From contig DAOWGI010000099.1 of NCBI GenBank assembly GCA_030637655.1, positions 1 through 64,000 of the forward strand: a stretch of 64,000 bases of DNA. The letters are read 5' to 3'. Below, piece by piece: positions 1 through 10,100 of this stretch (positions are counted from its first letter, which is position 1; the number at the start of each line of letters is the position of its first letter). The position numbers and the translations under genes are program-made. The notes beneath the pieces are model-generated. The model did not search any database. It saw nothing but the letters and a program-made list of their open reading frames with translations, and was not told the origin of the DNA. Source of the DNA: a candidate division FCPU426 bacterium (GTDB lineage Bacteria > Oederibacteriota > JAAXVQ01 > JAUVAV01).

Positions 1-278
1 CACAACCGTTGAAATCCGATAAACAGAAGCATCAATATGCCGGTAATCATCCGGCAGTCTCCAAGCTTTGGACTGCGCTTCGGATGCACATAATGTTTAT
101 CAAACGTTTCCGAAAAATGAATTAGGTCCAACATCTTCACCAAGGCTAACAAACCTCCAAAGGCCGTAAGTCGTTCGCGGCAGCTTTCATACGGTGTGTT
201 GGCCGTGATTCGGAGCTTACGTTCGCAATTTTTACCTTGTATCTCTCTTGTTTTTTCTCTATTCTTGAAAGTAACCAT
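1..278 (-). CDS. IS1380-family transposase, N-terminal part (truncated by window edge)
   Basis: Not in the ORF track; hand translation from ATG 278 (RBS AAAGGAG): MVTFKNREK...ERLTAFGGLLALVKMLDLIHFSETFDKHYVHPKRSPKLGDCRMITGILMLLFIGFQRL, open to base 1; LTAFGGL motif is typical of IS1380 transposases. Confidence 0.75.
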   Translation of the reverse strand, partial: MVTFKNREKTREIQGKNCERKLRITANTPYESCRERLTAFGGLLALVKMLDLIHFSETFDKHYVHPKRSPKLGDCRMITGILMLLFIGFQRL

Positions 279-383
279 CTGGGTGAGTCTCCTTTCGGGG
301 CTATAATTTTGCGCAAACATATCTTATAGCGCTCACCCAGATGGGAATACCTTATTTTTAGCTAATCATGTGCAAAATTCAGG
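1..383 (-). mobile_element. IS1380-family insertion sequence, left end (element continues beyond the window start)
   Basis: Minus strand begins CCTGAATTTTGCACA at 383 (IS1380-type CC end) about 100 nt upstream of a transposase ORF; the other end is outside the window. Confidence 0.65.
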
Positions 384-428
384 TATTAACTCGACTTTGG
401 CAAATTTGTTTTTTCGTCAATTTTTGCC

Positions 429-522
429 GTCATACCGGTCCCCGCTTAGAGCCGGAATCCAGGGACATTTTCTATGAAAAACATATTCTCCTGGACCCCG
501 GCTAAAATCATGCCGGGGTGAC
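429..522. repeat. GTCAT..GGAATCCAG/CTGGA..GTGAC type REP-like palindrome
   Basis: gtcataccgg...ccggaatccagg...cctggaccccggc...gccggggtgac imperfect inverted repeat; related cores lie inside the MITEs at 23318, 38080 and 40045. Confidence 0.65.
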
Positions 523-551
523 ATACATAAAAAAATATATGACGCACAACA

Positions 552-2369
552 CTATTGGCACAAAATCATTTTCAATTCTTCGGTCCTGCGCAGCAAGGCT
601 TCTTCTGATTCTGTCCGGTAGCGCGACGGCAGCAGGTTCGGATACGAGCAGTGCAGGGCTGCTATCATTTCCTGGAATTCCCGCTGCCGTTTGATGGACT
701 TGCTGGCCTGCCAGCCTTGCAACACACCCAGCACGGTCCGGGTTGCATCTTTTTTCTTTTGCGCCTTGATTTCAGCGGTTAAATTGCGGTAATCACGGGC
801 AGAATAATAGTCGGTTTGCTGTAAAGCGGTTTCCAATTCATCTTCCGTGACGACTATTCCCTTGCGCTTAAACATTTTCCGTACAAAAGTTTTTCTTTCA
901 TCGCCTTCGAGATCAAAAATCGGAATCTGAATAGGCGCCCGGCTCTTAATGTCCGGGTCCAATTCATCCGGCCGTGACGTCATCAAGCCCCATAGAACTT
1001 TGCCTAAATATCTTGGATCACCCATCATTTTGATGATATTGCCGGCCAGGCGCTGTTCGGTCTGGTGGGTTTGGCCGGAATGCACGGATCCGAAAGCCGT
1101 ATGTGCTTCATCCACTAAAATCAGTATCTTGCCAAAGGTGGCAATATGCCAGCGCAGCTTCTCAAAAAATTTATCGGTCTCACCGAAATAAGAACCGCGA
1201 ATCCCGGCCAACTCAATCACAACACGACCTGACTCAGCTGCGTAGGCTTCCAATTGAAAAGTTTTACCCGAACCATTAGGGCCTGAAACCAAAATAGCTG
1301 CCACCGCTGTCTCAGTATCTTCGCAGCGCTCAAAGATATTGGTAAATATCCTGCCGGTCTCAGCATAGCCGACAATGTCCTTAGAACCGTGCGCAGGATA
1401 TTTCACGCGAATGATATCTCCCAATTGTTTCTGCAGAATCGCGTTGACTTCCTTCACCACGTGCTCCCGGGTCAGGGTCTCCTGTTTCCGCGCCGCGACT
1501 TCCATGAGATCCTCCAGATTATGCAGTGCCAGACCGGCTGTATCTTCGGCAAACTTTTTTGGGCCTTGGGCAAATACAATTCCCGGATGTTTGGCTGTAA
1601 AGTTTTCCACATACTGCCGTCTTTCCTCGCTTGTCGGCAAGTCGATTTCAATATGCGCGGTATTGGGCAGGGCCAGGATTTTAGCATTGATCTCGGTTTT
1701 TAAGGAATTGACTAATATCAGCAGTTCCGGGCTTTCCCGAAACCAGGGGCTGGACACCCAGCTTAAGAATGAAATCAGACACTGGCGGTCCAGTTCACTC
1801 AAGCGCGCGAACCCGCCCTCGGAAAACAAGGCCCCCGCGAATTGAACAATCACACAGAGCGGTTTGATATCCGGTTCCAGTTGGCGGATGCGGTGAAACG
1901 CTTCTCCTATGCCCTGCAACAAAACTAAAGCGGAAAGCGGATTGTGTTTGGAATCCGCGATCATTTTCTTCAAAGCGCGGATCCGGCCGGCGGGAGTATA
2001 ATGCCCATCCGGACTTTCACAAATACGAATAACTTCATCTTCCGTGGCTTGATCATAAAAACCCAAGCCGGCGGCGATATCCAACCGTATGATATTGAAC
2101 TTATTCAGCAGTTCTGCGCACAACACTTGTTCCAGGGCCAAAAAATCCCGGCTGGTTTGGCTCCAGAATAATCCCTGGACATCACCGGTCAGTACAATCA
2201 CGTTTTTTCTGCGCAGGCCGTAGGCTAAACTCAAGCTCTCTAAAAATACCGGACGTATACCGGCCTTTTGCTTCACAGTTGCCGCTTTTTTACGCAGCTT
2301 AGCCTTACGCAGGTTTCCCTTTCCTGTTTTGGATCTTAGGCTTTTAATTTTTTTGAATTTTCGGTCCAT
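552..2369 (-). CDS. AAA+ ATPase with large N-terminal region
   Basis: Walker A GPNGSGKT, Walker B ILVDEA, TSRPDELDPDIKSR second region of homology; start moved from 2435 to ATG 2369 (RBS AAAGGAG). Confidence 0.8.
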   Translation of the reverse strand: MDRKFKKIKSLRSKTGKGNLRKAKLRKKAATVKQKAGIRPVFLESLSLAYGLRRKNVIVLTGDVQGLFWSQTSRDFLALEQVLCAELLNKFNIIRLDIAAGLGFYDQATEDEVIRICESPDGHYTPAGRIRALKKMIADSKHNPLSALVLLQGIGEAFHRIRQLEPDIKPLCVIVQFAGALFSEGGFARLSELDRQCLISFLSWVSSPWFRESPELLILVNSLKTEINAKILALPNTAHIEIDLPTSEERRQYVENFTAKHPGIVFAQGPKKFAEDTAGLALHNLEDLMEVAARKQETLTREHVVKEVNAILQKQLGDIIRVKYPAHGSKDIVGYAETGRIFTNIFERCEDTETAVAAILVSGPNGSGKTFQLEAYAAESGRVVIELAGIRGSYFGETDKFFEKLRWHIATFGKILILVDEAHTAFGSVHSGQTHQTEQRLAGNIIKMMGDPRYLGKVLWGLMTSRPDELDPDIKSRAPIQIPIFDLEGDERKTFVRKMFKRKGIVVTEDELETALQQTDYYSARDYRNLTAEIKAQKKKDATRTVLGVLQGWQASKSIKRQREFQEMIAALHCSYPNLLPSRYRTESEEALLRRTEELKMILCQ

Positions 2370-2370
2370 A

Positions 2371-2556
2371 CTACTGTCTCCTTTCTTTAGACCGCAGAGT
2401 ACGGAATGAATCCTTATGACTGAGATCAAATTCACGAATGTGTTGACAATGTTCCGGATCTAAACCTTCTTTCCGGACTTTTTGTATCAAATCCGCCATT
2501 TCCCGGGTGTACTTAAATTCCGTGGACCGAGGATACGCGCCGGATATGGAAATATC
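2371..2556 (-). pseudogene. Orphan 3' end of a gene, probably the ABC ATP-binding subunit of the adjacent transporter
   Basis: Stop-free frame DISISGAYPRSTEFKYTREMADLIQKVRKEGLDPEHCQHIREFDLSHKDSFRTLRSKERRQ* whose TAG lies 1 nt before the AAA ATPase ATG; begins where the permease loses similarity. Confidence 0.5.
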
Positions 2557-3050
2557 CGGTAGCCCAAACCCACGGTGGCAGCCAGGGATTCTCCGGCAAT
2601 TAAAAATAAAATCATGGATTTGAAATTCAAACGTATGGTATTGAGCACTGCCGGCAATATCTGCGGCAGGATTACCATAAAAGCGATTTCAAAATGACTG
2701 GCACCCAAGGTCAAGCCTTTGGTCACCTGCTCACGCGGCACTTCTTTGGCCCGTAAAAATGTGTCCAGGGCAATCGTGGGAAAAACACCTATGATAATGA
2801 ACGCAATTTTAGAGACTTCACCCAAACCGAAGATAATGAACAAAATAGGCAGAACAGCCAAGGCGGGTATCTTGTCAAAAAAGGTCATAAATTTAATAAA
2901 CAAAATCTCAAGGTAGGGAAATGTTCCCATCAACAAACCCAGAAGTACGGCCAGGGATAAAAACGCCAGACTCACCAGAAAACGCCAGCTGCTGGCAAGT
3001 GTATCCACCCACAAGCGCAGATCTCCTTTACGGTCTTCCATGATCGCCAC
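2487..3050 (-). pseudogene. Truncated NitT/TauT (SsuC-like) ABC permease
   Basis: IPALAVLPILFIIFGLGE, EAA-like loop (TKGLTLGAS) and GESLAATVGLGYRIF; lacks the N-terminal helix and last TM helix; tail after GYRIF is unrelated. Confidence 0.75.
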
Positions 3051-3170
3051 TTCCTCTTTGTGGCGACCATTCTATACCAACATCAGAAATTTACCCACGA
3101 CAAACCCGGAAGCCCCATAATATTTTTTTGCGCACAATTAAATCTTGAAAACTTCGTGCCGGCGTTCTTA

Positions 3171-3198
3171 TTCTGACTCCTGACTCCTGACTTCTGAC
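3171..3198 (+). repeat. 7-bp tandem repeat (TYCTGAC)x4
   Basis: ttctgac tcctgac tcctgac ttctgac read directly. Confidence 0.85.
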
Positions 3199-3212
3199 TA
3201 CCTAAGTAGTTA

Positions 3213-4202
3213 CTACGCAACGCAAATATACTCCACCCTGTGTTGCTGCAAAAATTCACGTATGTGTTCGCGTTGCCCCCGCTTGCCTACCGCGGCCAGA
3301 ACGAAGGCATCTTTATACTCTCCAATTTTTTCATAGGAAACAATGGGAATATCCTGAATTGCCATGCCAATTTTCTTCGGGTCAATATCCAGGACAGCCT
3401 TCACAGTGATTCCTTTCTCTGGCAAAGCTTTAACCCAAGCGCGTCCGGTCCGACCGGCTCCTAAGATCACCACCTCCTTCGGCAGACGAGGAATTAAAAA
3501 TTCGCGTTTTATTTGCATAAAGGCTTCCTGGCTATAACGCGGATGAGTGAAAGAATATCTACACTCATGCATACGCCAAGCCAGCAAGTTATGCGGCAAT
3601 TTGGCAAAACGAGCGCCTTGAGCATGCAGACGCAACCAGAGATCATAATCTTCCGGCCAACCGCGATCCCGGTATCCGCCTACAGCCATGACCGCGTTCT
3701 TGTTGAACATAACCGAAGGATGCGCAAACGGACTCTCCACAAATATATTTTTTTCAATTTCAGCTTGCGAATGCAATCCATTTAACCAGGTCTCATACAA
3801 CCGAAACCCTTCTTCCACCTTTTTTCCGGGAAAGGAAACGGTCTGACTGGAGACCAAGCAAAGCTTGGGATCCGCCTGCATGGCTGCCACCTGTTTTTCG
3901 AGCCGGTCCAAACGGCAGATATCATCCGCATCCATCCGAGCAACCAAATCCGCCCGGCAGGCGCGCAATCCCAAATTCAAGGCGGAAATAAGTCCCACCC
4001 GGGCAAGATCCAACACGCGTATCCTCCCGTCGCGTTGTGCTGCTTGAATCAACAAACGAGGTGTGTTGTCTGTGGAGCCGTCATTGACCACGATAATTTC
4101 AAAACGCTTAAAAGTTTGACGCGATAGGCTTTGCAAGCAGGAGTCTAAATATGTTTCCGAATTGTAGATAGGCAGTAATACTGAAACCACAGGTTTACTC
4201 AA
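3213..4202 (-). CDS. Glycosyltransferase family 2 with C-terminal Rossmann-like tail
   Basis: VSVLLPIYN, VVNDGSTD, ARMDADD, EDYDLWLR motifs; GAGRTG in tail. Confidence 0.9.
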   Translation of the reverse strand: MSKPVVSVLLPIYNSETYLDSCLQSLSRQTFKRFEIIVVNDGSTDNTPRLLIQAAQRDGRIRVLDLARVGLISALNLGLRACRADLVARMDADDICRLDRLEKQVAAMQADPKLCLVSSQTVSFPGKKVEEGFRLYETWLNGLHSQAEIEKNIFVESPFAHPSVMFNKNAVMAVGGYRDRGWPEDYDLWLRLHAQGARFAKLPHNLLAWRMHECRYSFTHPRYSQEAFMQIKREFLIPRLPKEVVILGAGRTGRAWVKALPEKGITVKAVLDIDPKKIGMAIQDIPIVSYEKIGEYKDAFVLAAVGKRGQREHIREFLQQHRVEYICVA

Positions 4203-4277
4203 GCGCGGATTTCCCTTCCCCTGGCAGCCACTGAGTGGCTTTTTCCGGTTTTCCGGCCAAAATCAGAATTATTGGAT

Positions 4278-6077
4278 TTACCCGGATTTATGCCGGCTGC
4301 TATGGTTTGCCTTGGTTTTTATTTCTCTCTGGGTTGTTCGTTTCTTTTTCCGGCGTCCGGTTGTACCGGATATTTTAGTGCTGACGTGTACAGCTTGAGC
4401 AGCTTTCTCAACAGCCTCGGCAGCTATTTCCGCAGGTTCTTCAACCTTCATCAGCCGGAACCAATAAAAGGCATGCGGACTGAAGGTCAGAAAATAGGGT
4501 AAATCACCAATTTTCGGAAAACATACTCCTCCCACCAATTCCATGGGTAACCGATTTTTAAATTGCCGCAAATCCAATTCCGCCGGTTGTACATAGCGGG
4601 ATAAATTATTTGCAATCAGCAGAGTCTCATCCTCATATTCTCTCAAATAGCATAATATTTTCGGATTACTGGTTTTTACAAATTTCAAACTTCCCCGGCC
4701 AAAAGCCTTGTACTTTTTACGAATACTGATGAATTTTTTCATCCAATTTAATAATGAAGTTGGCGTCCGTTTTTGCGCTTCAACATTTATGGCTTGATAA
4801 CCATACACCGGATCCACAACCAGGGGCGCATATAACTGCGCTGTGTCCGCTTTGGAAAAACCGGCATTCCTGTCACCGGTCCATTGCATGGGTGTCCGAA
4901 CACCATTGCGGTCACCTAAATAGACATTGTCACCCATGCCCAATTCATCCCCGTAATAAATAATAGGACTGCCGGGCATAGTAAAAAGGATACTGTGGAG
5001 CAGCTCAAGTTGACGCCGGCCCTTATTAATCAAAGGAGCCAGGCGATGACGTATACCCAAATTCAACTTAGCTTTTGGATGTTGGGCATACTCGCTGTAC
5101 ATAAAATCCCGCTCATCTTCAGTGACCATTTCCAAAGTCAACTCATCATGGTTGCGTAAAAAAATAGCCCACTGACAGTTCTCCGGGATTTCAGGGGTTT
5201 GGCCCATTATCTCGATAATAGGCGTACTGTCTTCCTTGCGTAAACCCATAAATATCCTGGGCATAAGAGGAAAGTGAAAAGCCATATGACATTCGTCCCC
5301 TTCGCCAAAATAGGAACACACATCCTTTGGCCATTGATTGGCTTCTGCCAACAAAACTTTGTGGTTGTATTTTTTATCCAAGCTTCTGCGTAAATCTTTC
5401 AAATATTCATGCGTCTCAGGCAAATTCTCGCAATTGGTCCCTTCTCTTTCAAACAGATAAGGTACTGCGTCCAAACGAAAGCCGTCAACACCCGTATTCA
5501 ACCAGTAGGTCAATACATTGAGCATGGTCCGGCGCACAATCGGATTGTCATAATTCAAGTCCGGTTGATGAGAAAAAAAGCGATGCCAATAGTACTGTTT
5601 AGAGACCGGATCCCAGGCCCAATTGGAGGATTCGGAATCCATAAATATAATTCGCGCAGCTTTATTTTTGTTGGCAGGCTCATCGGTCCAAACATAAAAT
5701 TTGCGTTTCTTGGACTTTTTGGATTGCCGTGCTTCTTGAAACCAAAGATGTTGGTCTGAGGTGTGGTTGATGACCAATTCAATAAGTACCCGGATATCCC
5801 GTTTGTGGGCTTCACGCACAAAGCGTTTAAAATCCTTCATCGTGCCGTAATCCGGCAAAATCGTGCGGTAATCCGATATGTCATACCCATCATCTTTAAG
5901 CGGTGATTGGTAAAAAGGCAGTAACCAGATACAGTTGATTCCCAAATCCTGGAGATAATCCAATTTTTCGATGAGCCCCTGAAAATCACCGATCCCGTCA
6001 CCGGTGCCGTCAAAAAAAGCTTTTACGTGCAGTTCGTATATAATCGCATCTTTGTACCACAGTGGATCATGTTCCAT
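4278..6077 (-). CDS. treS: Trehalose synthase / maltose alpha-D-glucosyltransferase (GH13)
   Basis: DPLWYKDAIIYELHV, GFRLDAVPYL, LLAEANQWP, FLRNHDELTLEMVT, DRNGVRTPMQW. Confidence 0.95.
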   Translation of the reverse strand: MEHDPLWYKDAIIYELHVKAFFDGTGDGIGDFQGLIEKLDYLQDLGINCIWLLPFYQSPLKDDGYDISDYRTILPDYGTMKDFKRFVREAHKRDIRVLIELVINHTSDQHLWFQEARQSKKSKKRKFYVWTDEPANKNKAARIIFMDSESSNWAWDPVSKQYYWHRFFSHQPDLNYDNPIVRRTMLNVLTYWLNTGVDGFRLDAVPYLFEREGTNCENLPETHEYLKDLRRSLDKKYNHKVLLAEANQWPKDVCSYFGEGDECHMAFHFPLMPRIFMGLRKEDSTPIIEIMGQTPEIPENCQWAIFLRNHDELTLEMVTEDERDFMYSEYAQHPKAKLNLGIRHRLAPLINKGRRQLELLHSILFTMPGSPIIYYGDELGMGDNVYLGDRNGVRTPMQWTGDRNAGFSKADTAQLYAPLVVDPVYGYQAINVEAQKRTPTSLLNWMKKFISIRKKYKAFGRGSLKFVKTSNPKILCYLREYEDETLLIANNLSRYVQPAELDLRQFKNRLPMELVGGVCFPKIGDLPYFLTFSPHAFYWFRLMKVEEPAEIAAEAVEKAAQAVHVSTKISGTTGRRKKKRTTQREIKTKANHSSRHKSG

Positions 6078-6158
6078 AAATCCATCCTTTGGACCGCCAA
6101 TATCAGTAGAGTTATCCGGGTATTATACACTTCGGACAAAGGAAACCGATACTTTAAT

Positions 6159-6187
6159 TTGACTTTCTCCTTTTTTCAGAATATTAT
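6159..6187 (+). promoter_or_regulatory. Candidate sigma70 promoter
   Basis: TTGACT-N17-TATTAT upstream of ATG 6255. Confidence 0.45.
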
Positions 6188-6254
6188 TTCACATATTCAT
6201 AATGACAACCTTGCTGGGTTTTCTTATACTAATAAAAACGGTTCAAGGATTCGT

Positions 6255-6821
6255 ATGCAATCAAACGCAACCATCAGAGGCACCATTATCAAAGGTATTA
6301 TTGATATTATTGAAAAACGCTTTGGTCGTGATGGTGTTAAACAACTCATGGAAAATCTGACTCCCGCGGAACAGACCTTTCTGGTCGAGTATCTCAAGAA
6401 TGATTCCCGCGTCCCCGCGGAAACACTCTGTAACTTGTACAATCGGATTAAAGAACTGTGGGGCGAGGGCCAAAAAACGTATTACAGTGAACTCATGCAG
6501 GAAATCGCTGAACAAAACATCAATACTTTCTTAAAATTCCTGATCTCCTGGGGACTCCCCTCCATTGTCGCCAATTCCGTACCCAATATCTATAAATACT
6601 ATTTTAATCAGGGACAAGTATTTATGGTCTCCAATACCAACCGCTCGATCGAGTTTTATATTAAAGGCGGCGAGGCCTACGGCGAGGCGCTCTGCGCCGG
6701 TATCATCGGCTGGGGCCGACAAGGTCTGGCAATGGCCGGAGCTAAGAACGTACAAGTGGATCACACCAATTGCATCTACCACGGCAAAGAACGCTGTTAT
6801 TTTAAAGTTCACTGGGAATAA
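6255..6821 (+). CDS. V4R/DUF2378-like small-ligand-binding protein
   Basis: IRGTII N-terminus and C-terminal HTNCIYHGKERCYFKVHW (V4R-type); start moved from 6027 to ATG 6255. Confidence 0.65.
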   Translation: MQSNATIRGTIIKGIIDIIEKRFGRDGVKQLMENLTPAEQTFLVEYLKNDSRVPAETLCNLYNRIKELWGEGQKTYYSELMQEIAEQNINTFLKFLISWGLPSIVANSVPNIYKYYFNQGQVFMVSNTNRSIEFYIKGGEAYGEALCAGIIGWGRQGLAMAGAKNVQVDHTNCIYHGKERCYFKVHWE

Positions 6822-6869
6822 CACCGAACACCCAAACAATGTAAGCGTGCTTCATCCACTCCCAATGAT

Positions 6870-7096
6870 GTAACATATCAGTGAAGCGAGAAAGACATAT
6901 GGTCTGCTAATTTATTTTTTCCCAAGGACGCGACTTGCCTCCGTAGGTGCAAATTCAAAATTGCCGATCAGCTAAGTTATTTAGAATTTCGTATCCGGCT
7001 TGGTAAGCACGCGCTTTCCCCTTGGGAAAAAATAAATTAGCAGACCATATGTTTCCGGATTATTTGACAAAACACAGCACTTCACTGACCTGTTAC
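6870..7096. mobile_element. MITE with GTAACA..TCAGTGAA terminal inverted repeats and perfect 8-bp target duplication (IS66-like), with nested 33-bp perfect inverted repeat
   Basis: gtaacatatcagtgaag...cttcactgacctgttac flanked by CCAATGAT at 6862-6869 and 7097-7104; inner IR 6895-6927/7020-7052. Confidence 0.85.
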
Positions 7097-7144
7097 CCAA
7101 TGATACTGATTTCCTTTTGAACCGGCATTTCGCATGCTCAGACG

Positions 7145-10100
7145 CTAAGCCATCGCGCCCCTGCGAAGTTTGAACATCCGTTTAAAATGCTTTTCTCTTA
7201 TATTATCATCAATAATAAAATAATTTCTTTTCAGATAGTCTGTCAAAGTGCCGGCAGGACCGCGCATTTCCAATGCCCCTTTTTGTTTTTTGTTCAGTGC
7301 TTTGGGAAATATGATCGCAGGAACCGAAACATTGCCTAATATCTTCGTCTCAGTATTATCTTCCTTGTTTTTCAATACTTTATGGCCTATGTCCGGCTGG
7401 GCTAAATTTTCAATTATGGGAATGGAATTCAGGTTCTCCGCCAGCCGGGTGGCATACATAATAATCATACGGTTTCTATCTATTGCGGTCCACCCCTTGG
7501 ACTCAGCTTGTTTTTCTTTCCTATGAATTTCTTCATATTTAGTCATAAACCTGACTATACTCCTGGCAAAGTTTGCCTGCAATTTAAGCTCACCCGGATT
7601 TTGCGCCATGCGCCGATACTGTTGGCGCAGATAACTATTAGGCTGCGAAAATTCTTTTGCCAGGGCAATTTTGTCAATATTTATTTTAGCTTGCCCGAAT
7701 CCATCTTTTTCTTCCAAGTCCCTCTCAGCTAATGCTGCCGCTCGATTTATATTGGCAATCTGTAACGCCTTATCTTTTAGTACCAGGGGCATAATTATAT
7801 TTTTGACCCTTGCAGGCAATCCCTGCACTAAAAACATTATCACTTTAAATGCAATTTTATCAATTATATTTGGCTCTATTTCATCCGCCATTTTTACTTC
7901 CCGGCCTTTAAATCCAAACCATTTCAAGCTACTATTTTGCGCTTGCTCTATAATCTTATCTTTAGAGCTTTTTTTGCCAATAACTTCCCCAATATTGGGA
8001 GCCAAAACATCATATTCCATCCCAGCTGCGGTTTTAAGTATGATTTTCTTGCTTTTGGCATCGCAAACCGCATAAACTGTTTCCTTATCCTCTGTGCCTA
8101 TAGCCACCACAGCCGGCTCTTTATCCTTGGCATGCAAATGATCCAGCTCGGCAGCCACTGCCCGCATAATTTTTGCATCCAATTTCAAGCCCGCTATCTG
8201 ACCAACCTCGCCTTGGGTTTTCCCCAATGCCTTTAATAATGCCTTAAAGTTATCTACTCTTTCTTTTAATTCCTCATTAGCTTGAATATCAATATTCTTA
8301 AAAACTTCATTCATAAATTCAACTGCGTTGGGCGCTGTTACCGCATACATTTCTTGCACCCCTATGCTTGTTTTAGCCGCAGTCTCCATATCTCGCTTAT
8401 CCTTTTCTTTTGGCTTTTCATTCACTTCCATCAGACCTGATTTCAGACTATGTTCTATAATACCGGCAGCTACCAAATCCTCACCGCATTTCCCGCGGAA
8501 TTCTTTTAAAAGTACCTGCCAGAGTGTCTTGTCAACTTCTTCCATTGCTGCCAGCCATTTTTCATTGCCGTCTTTTCTGGCTATAAAATCTTCGTTTTCC
8601 AGCAGCTTAAACACTTCTTTTTTATCAGTCAGTCTTGCCGTAATTGGTTCGGCGTCCGGCTGGGCGATGTTAATATCCGTTGTCAATTCTTCAAATAAGC
8701 GGCCCAGATCAGTTGGTGTCAGGTCGCGATAGGTTTTGTTTTTATAGTAATCTGCATATCCTACTCTCTCCGAAGTATCGATAGTTTCAGCTTCTTCCTC
8801 TTTGTACAATGAGACTTTATTCAAAGGATTCATCCATTTTGGCAAGTATTTCACCTGCCATTTTATGGTTCTCTCGTACATCTTGCTCTGGTGCTCCAGG
8901 CTCAGGATTAATAATTGTTTGGCCAAAGATGACCGTATGGACATTCCTTTTTCTTCTTTGTTCAGAGTGTCCAGCTCAAGCAGCCTCAGCATGTGGCGGG
9001 TCGCGTAAAACTCATTCTCATTTTGAAAAACACTAAATACCACGCGCACTATAAATTCCAGCCGGCCAACCTCTTTCAGAGTTATATTAGCAGGATTGTC
9101 TTTCATTTTCGCCGCCAGACTGGTCATCCCATGACTGCGCTTGAATTCTTTCATCTGAGAACAATTATTTATTTTCTCCACCGGCAAGAGATTATTCGCG
9201 GCTCCGATAGACGGCAAAGTAAATAACCATAACCCCAGCAGCAGTATGACACCGCGCCGTAGAAGCGGCACTTTATCATAAGAGCTGTTTCTCTTGTCTA
9301 TCGACTCGCCATATTTAGACGCCTCCTCTTCTTTTGCTGCCGGCAGATTATCTAATTTAACACTAAGCATTATTCTGCCAAAAGCCGCTCGCGTTTCTTC
9401 AATGCTTGCTCCTTTAAGTTTATCTAATTCATTCATAATCCCGTCATAATGCGCAGATTTTTTCGGTATTTTCTCCATCATTTCACGGATTAACGCGATA
9501 ACGTCATCCAGGTCTTTTTTACGCTCAGCTTCATCTTTTTTGATGAGTTGGGGTTTGGGTTTGCTAAAATTGATTATAGCAGGCTCACCAGTTGAAGAAA
9601 TCACGATGTTTTTAGAATTTATAGAGGTGTGCGCAAATCCCAAAGCATGAATATCATCCAATACCTTAAATATTTTCGAAGCAATTCTAATAACCTCTTT
9701 TTCAGTAGTAGGATGTTTTTTTAAAAATTTCTCCAGTGTATCGCCTTCCACCAAATCCATTACATAAAAAGAGTGTTCTTGGTTTTCTATTTTAAAATAA
9801 CCGGCAAAACCGGGTTTGGGTATGTTGGGTACGCCAAATAATAAAATTAATAGTATGCATTCTGATAAAATACTCGCGTAATCCTCTTCTGGTTTGGATA
9901 CCCTAATAGCAACTATTTTATTGGTTGTCTTATCATAAGCTTTAAAAAGATCGCCATACCCGCCTTCAGAACCACTAATCTTTTCTCTCAATTCATATCT
10001 GCCGTCAATAATTGACCCGGACACTACTGAATCACTCTCGCTTTCAATCCCAACTTTAACCAGTGAAAGACTATTACTATTAGGATAGAACACCGATATA

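Noticed and set aside
3051-3170. Guanidine riboswitch before the permease remnant
   Set aside because: No recognisable consensus; the 5' part of the operon appears lost
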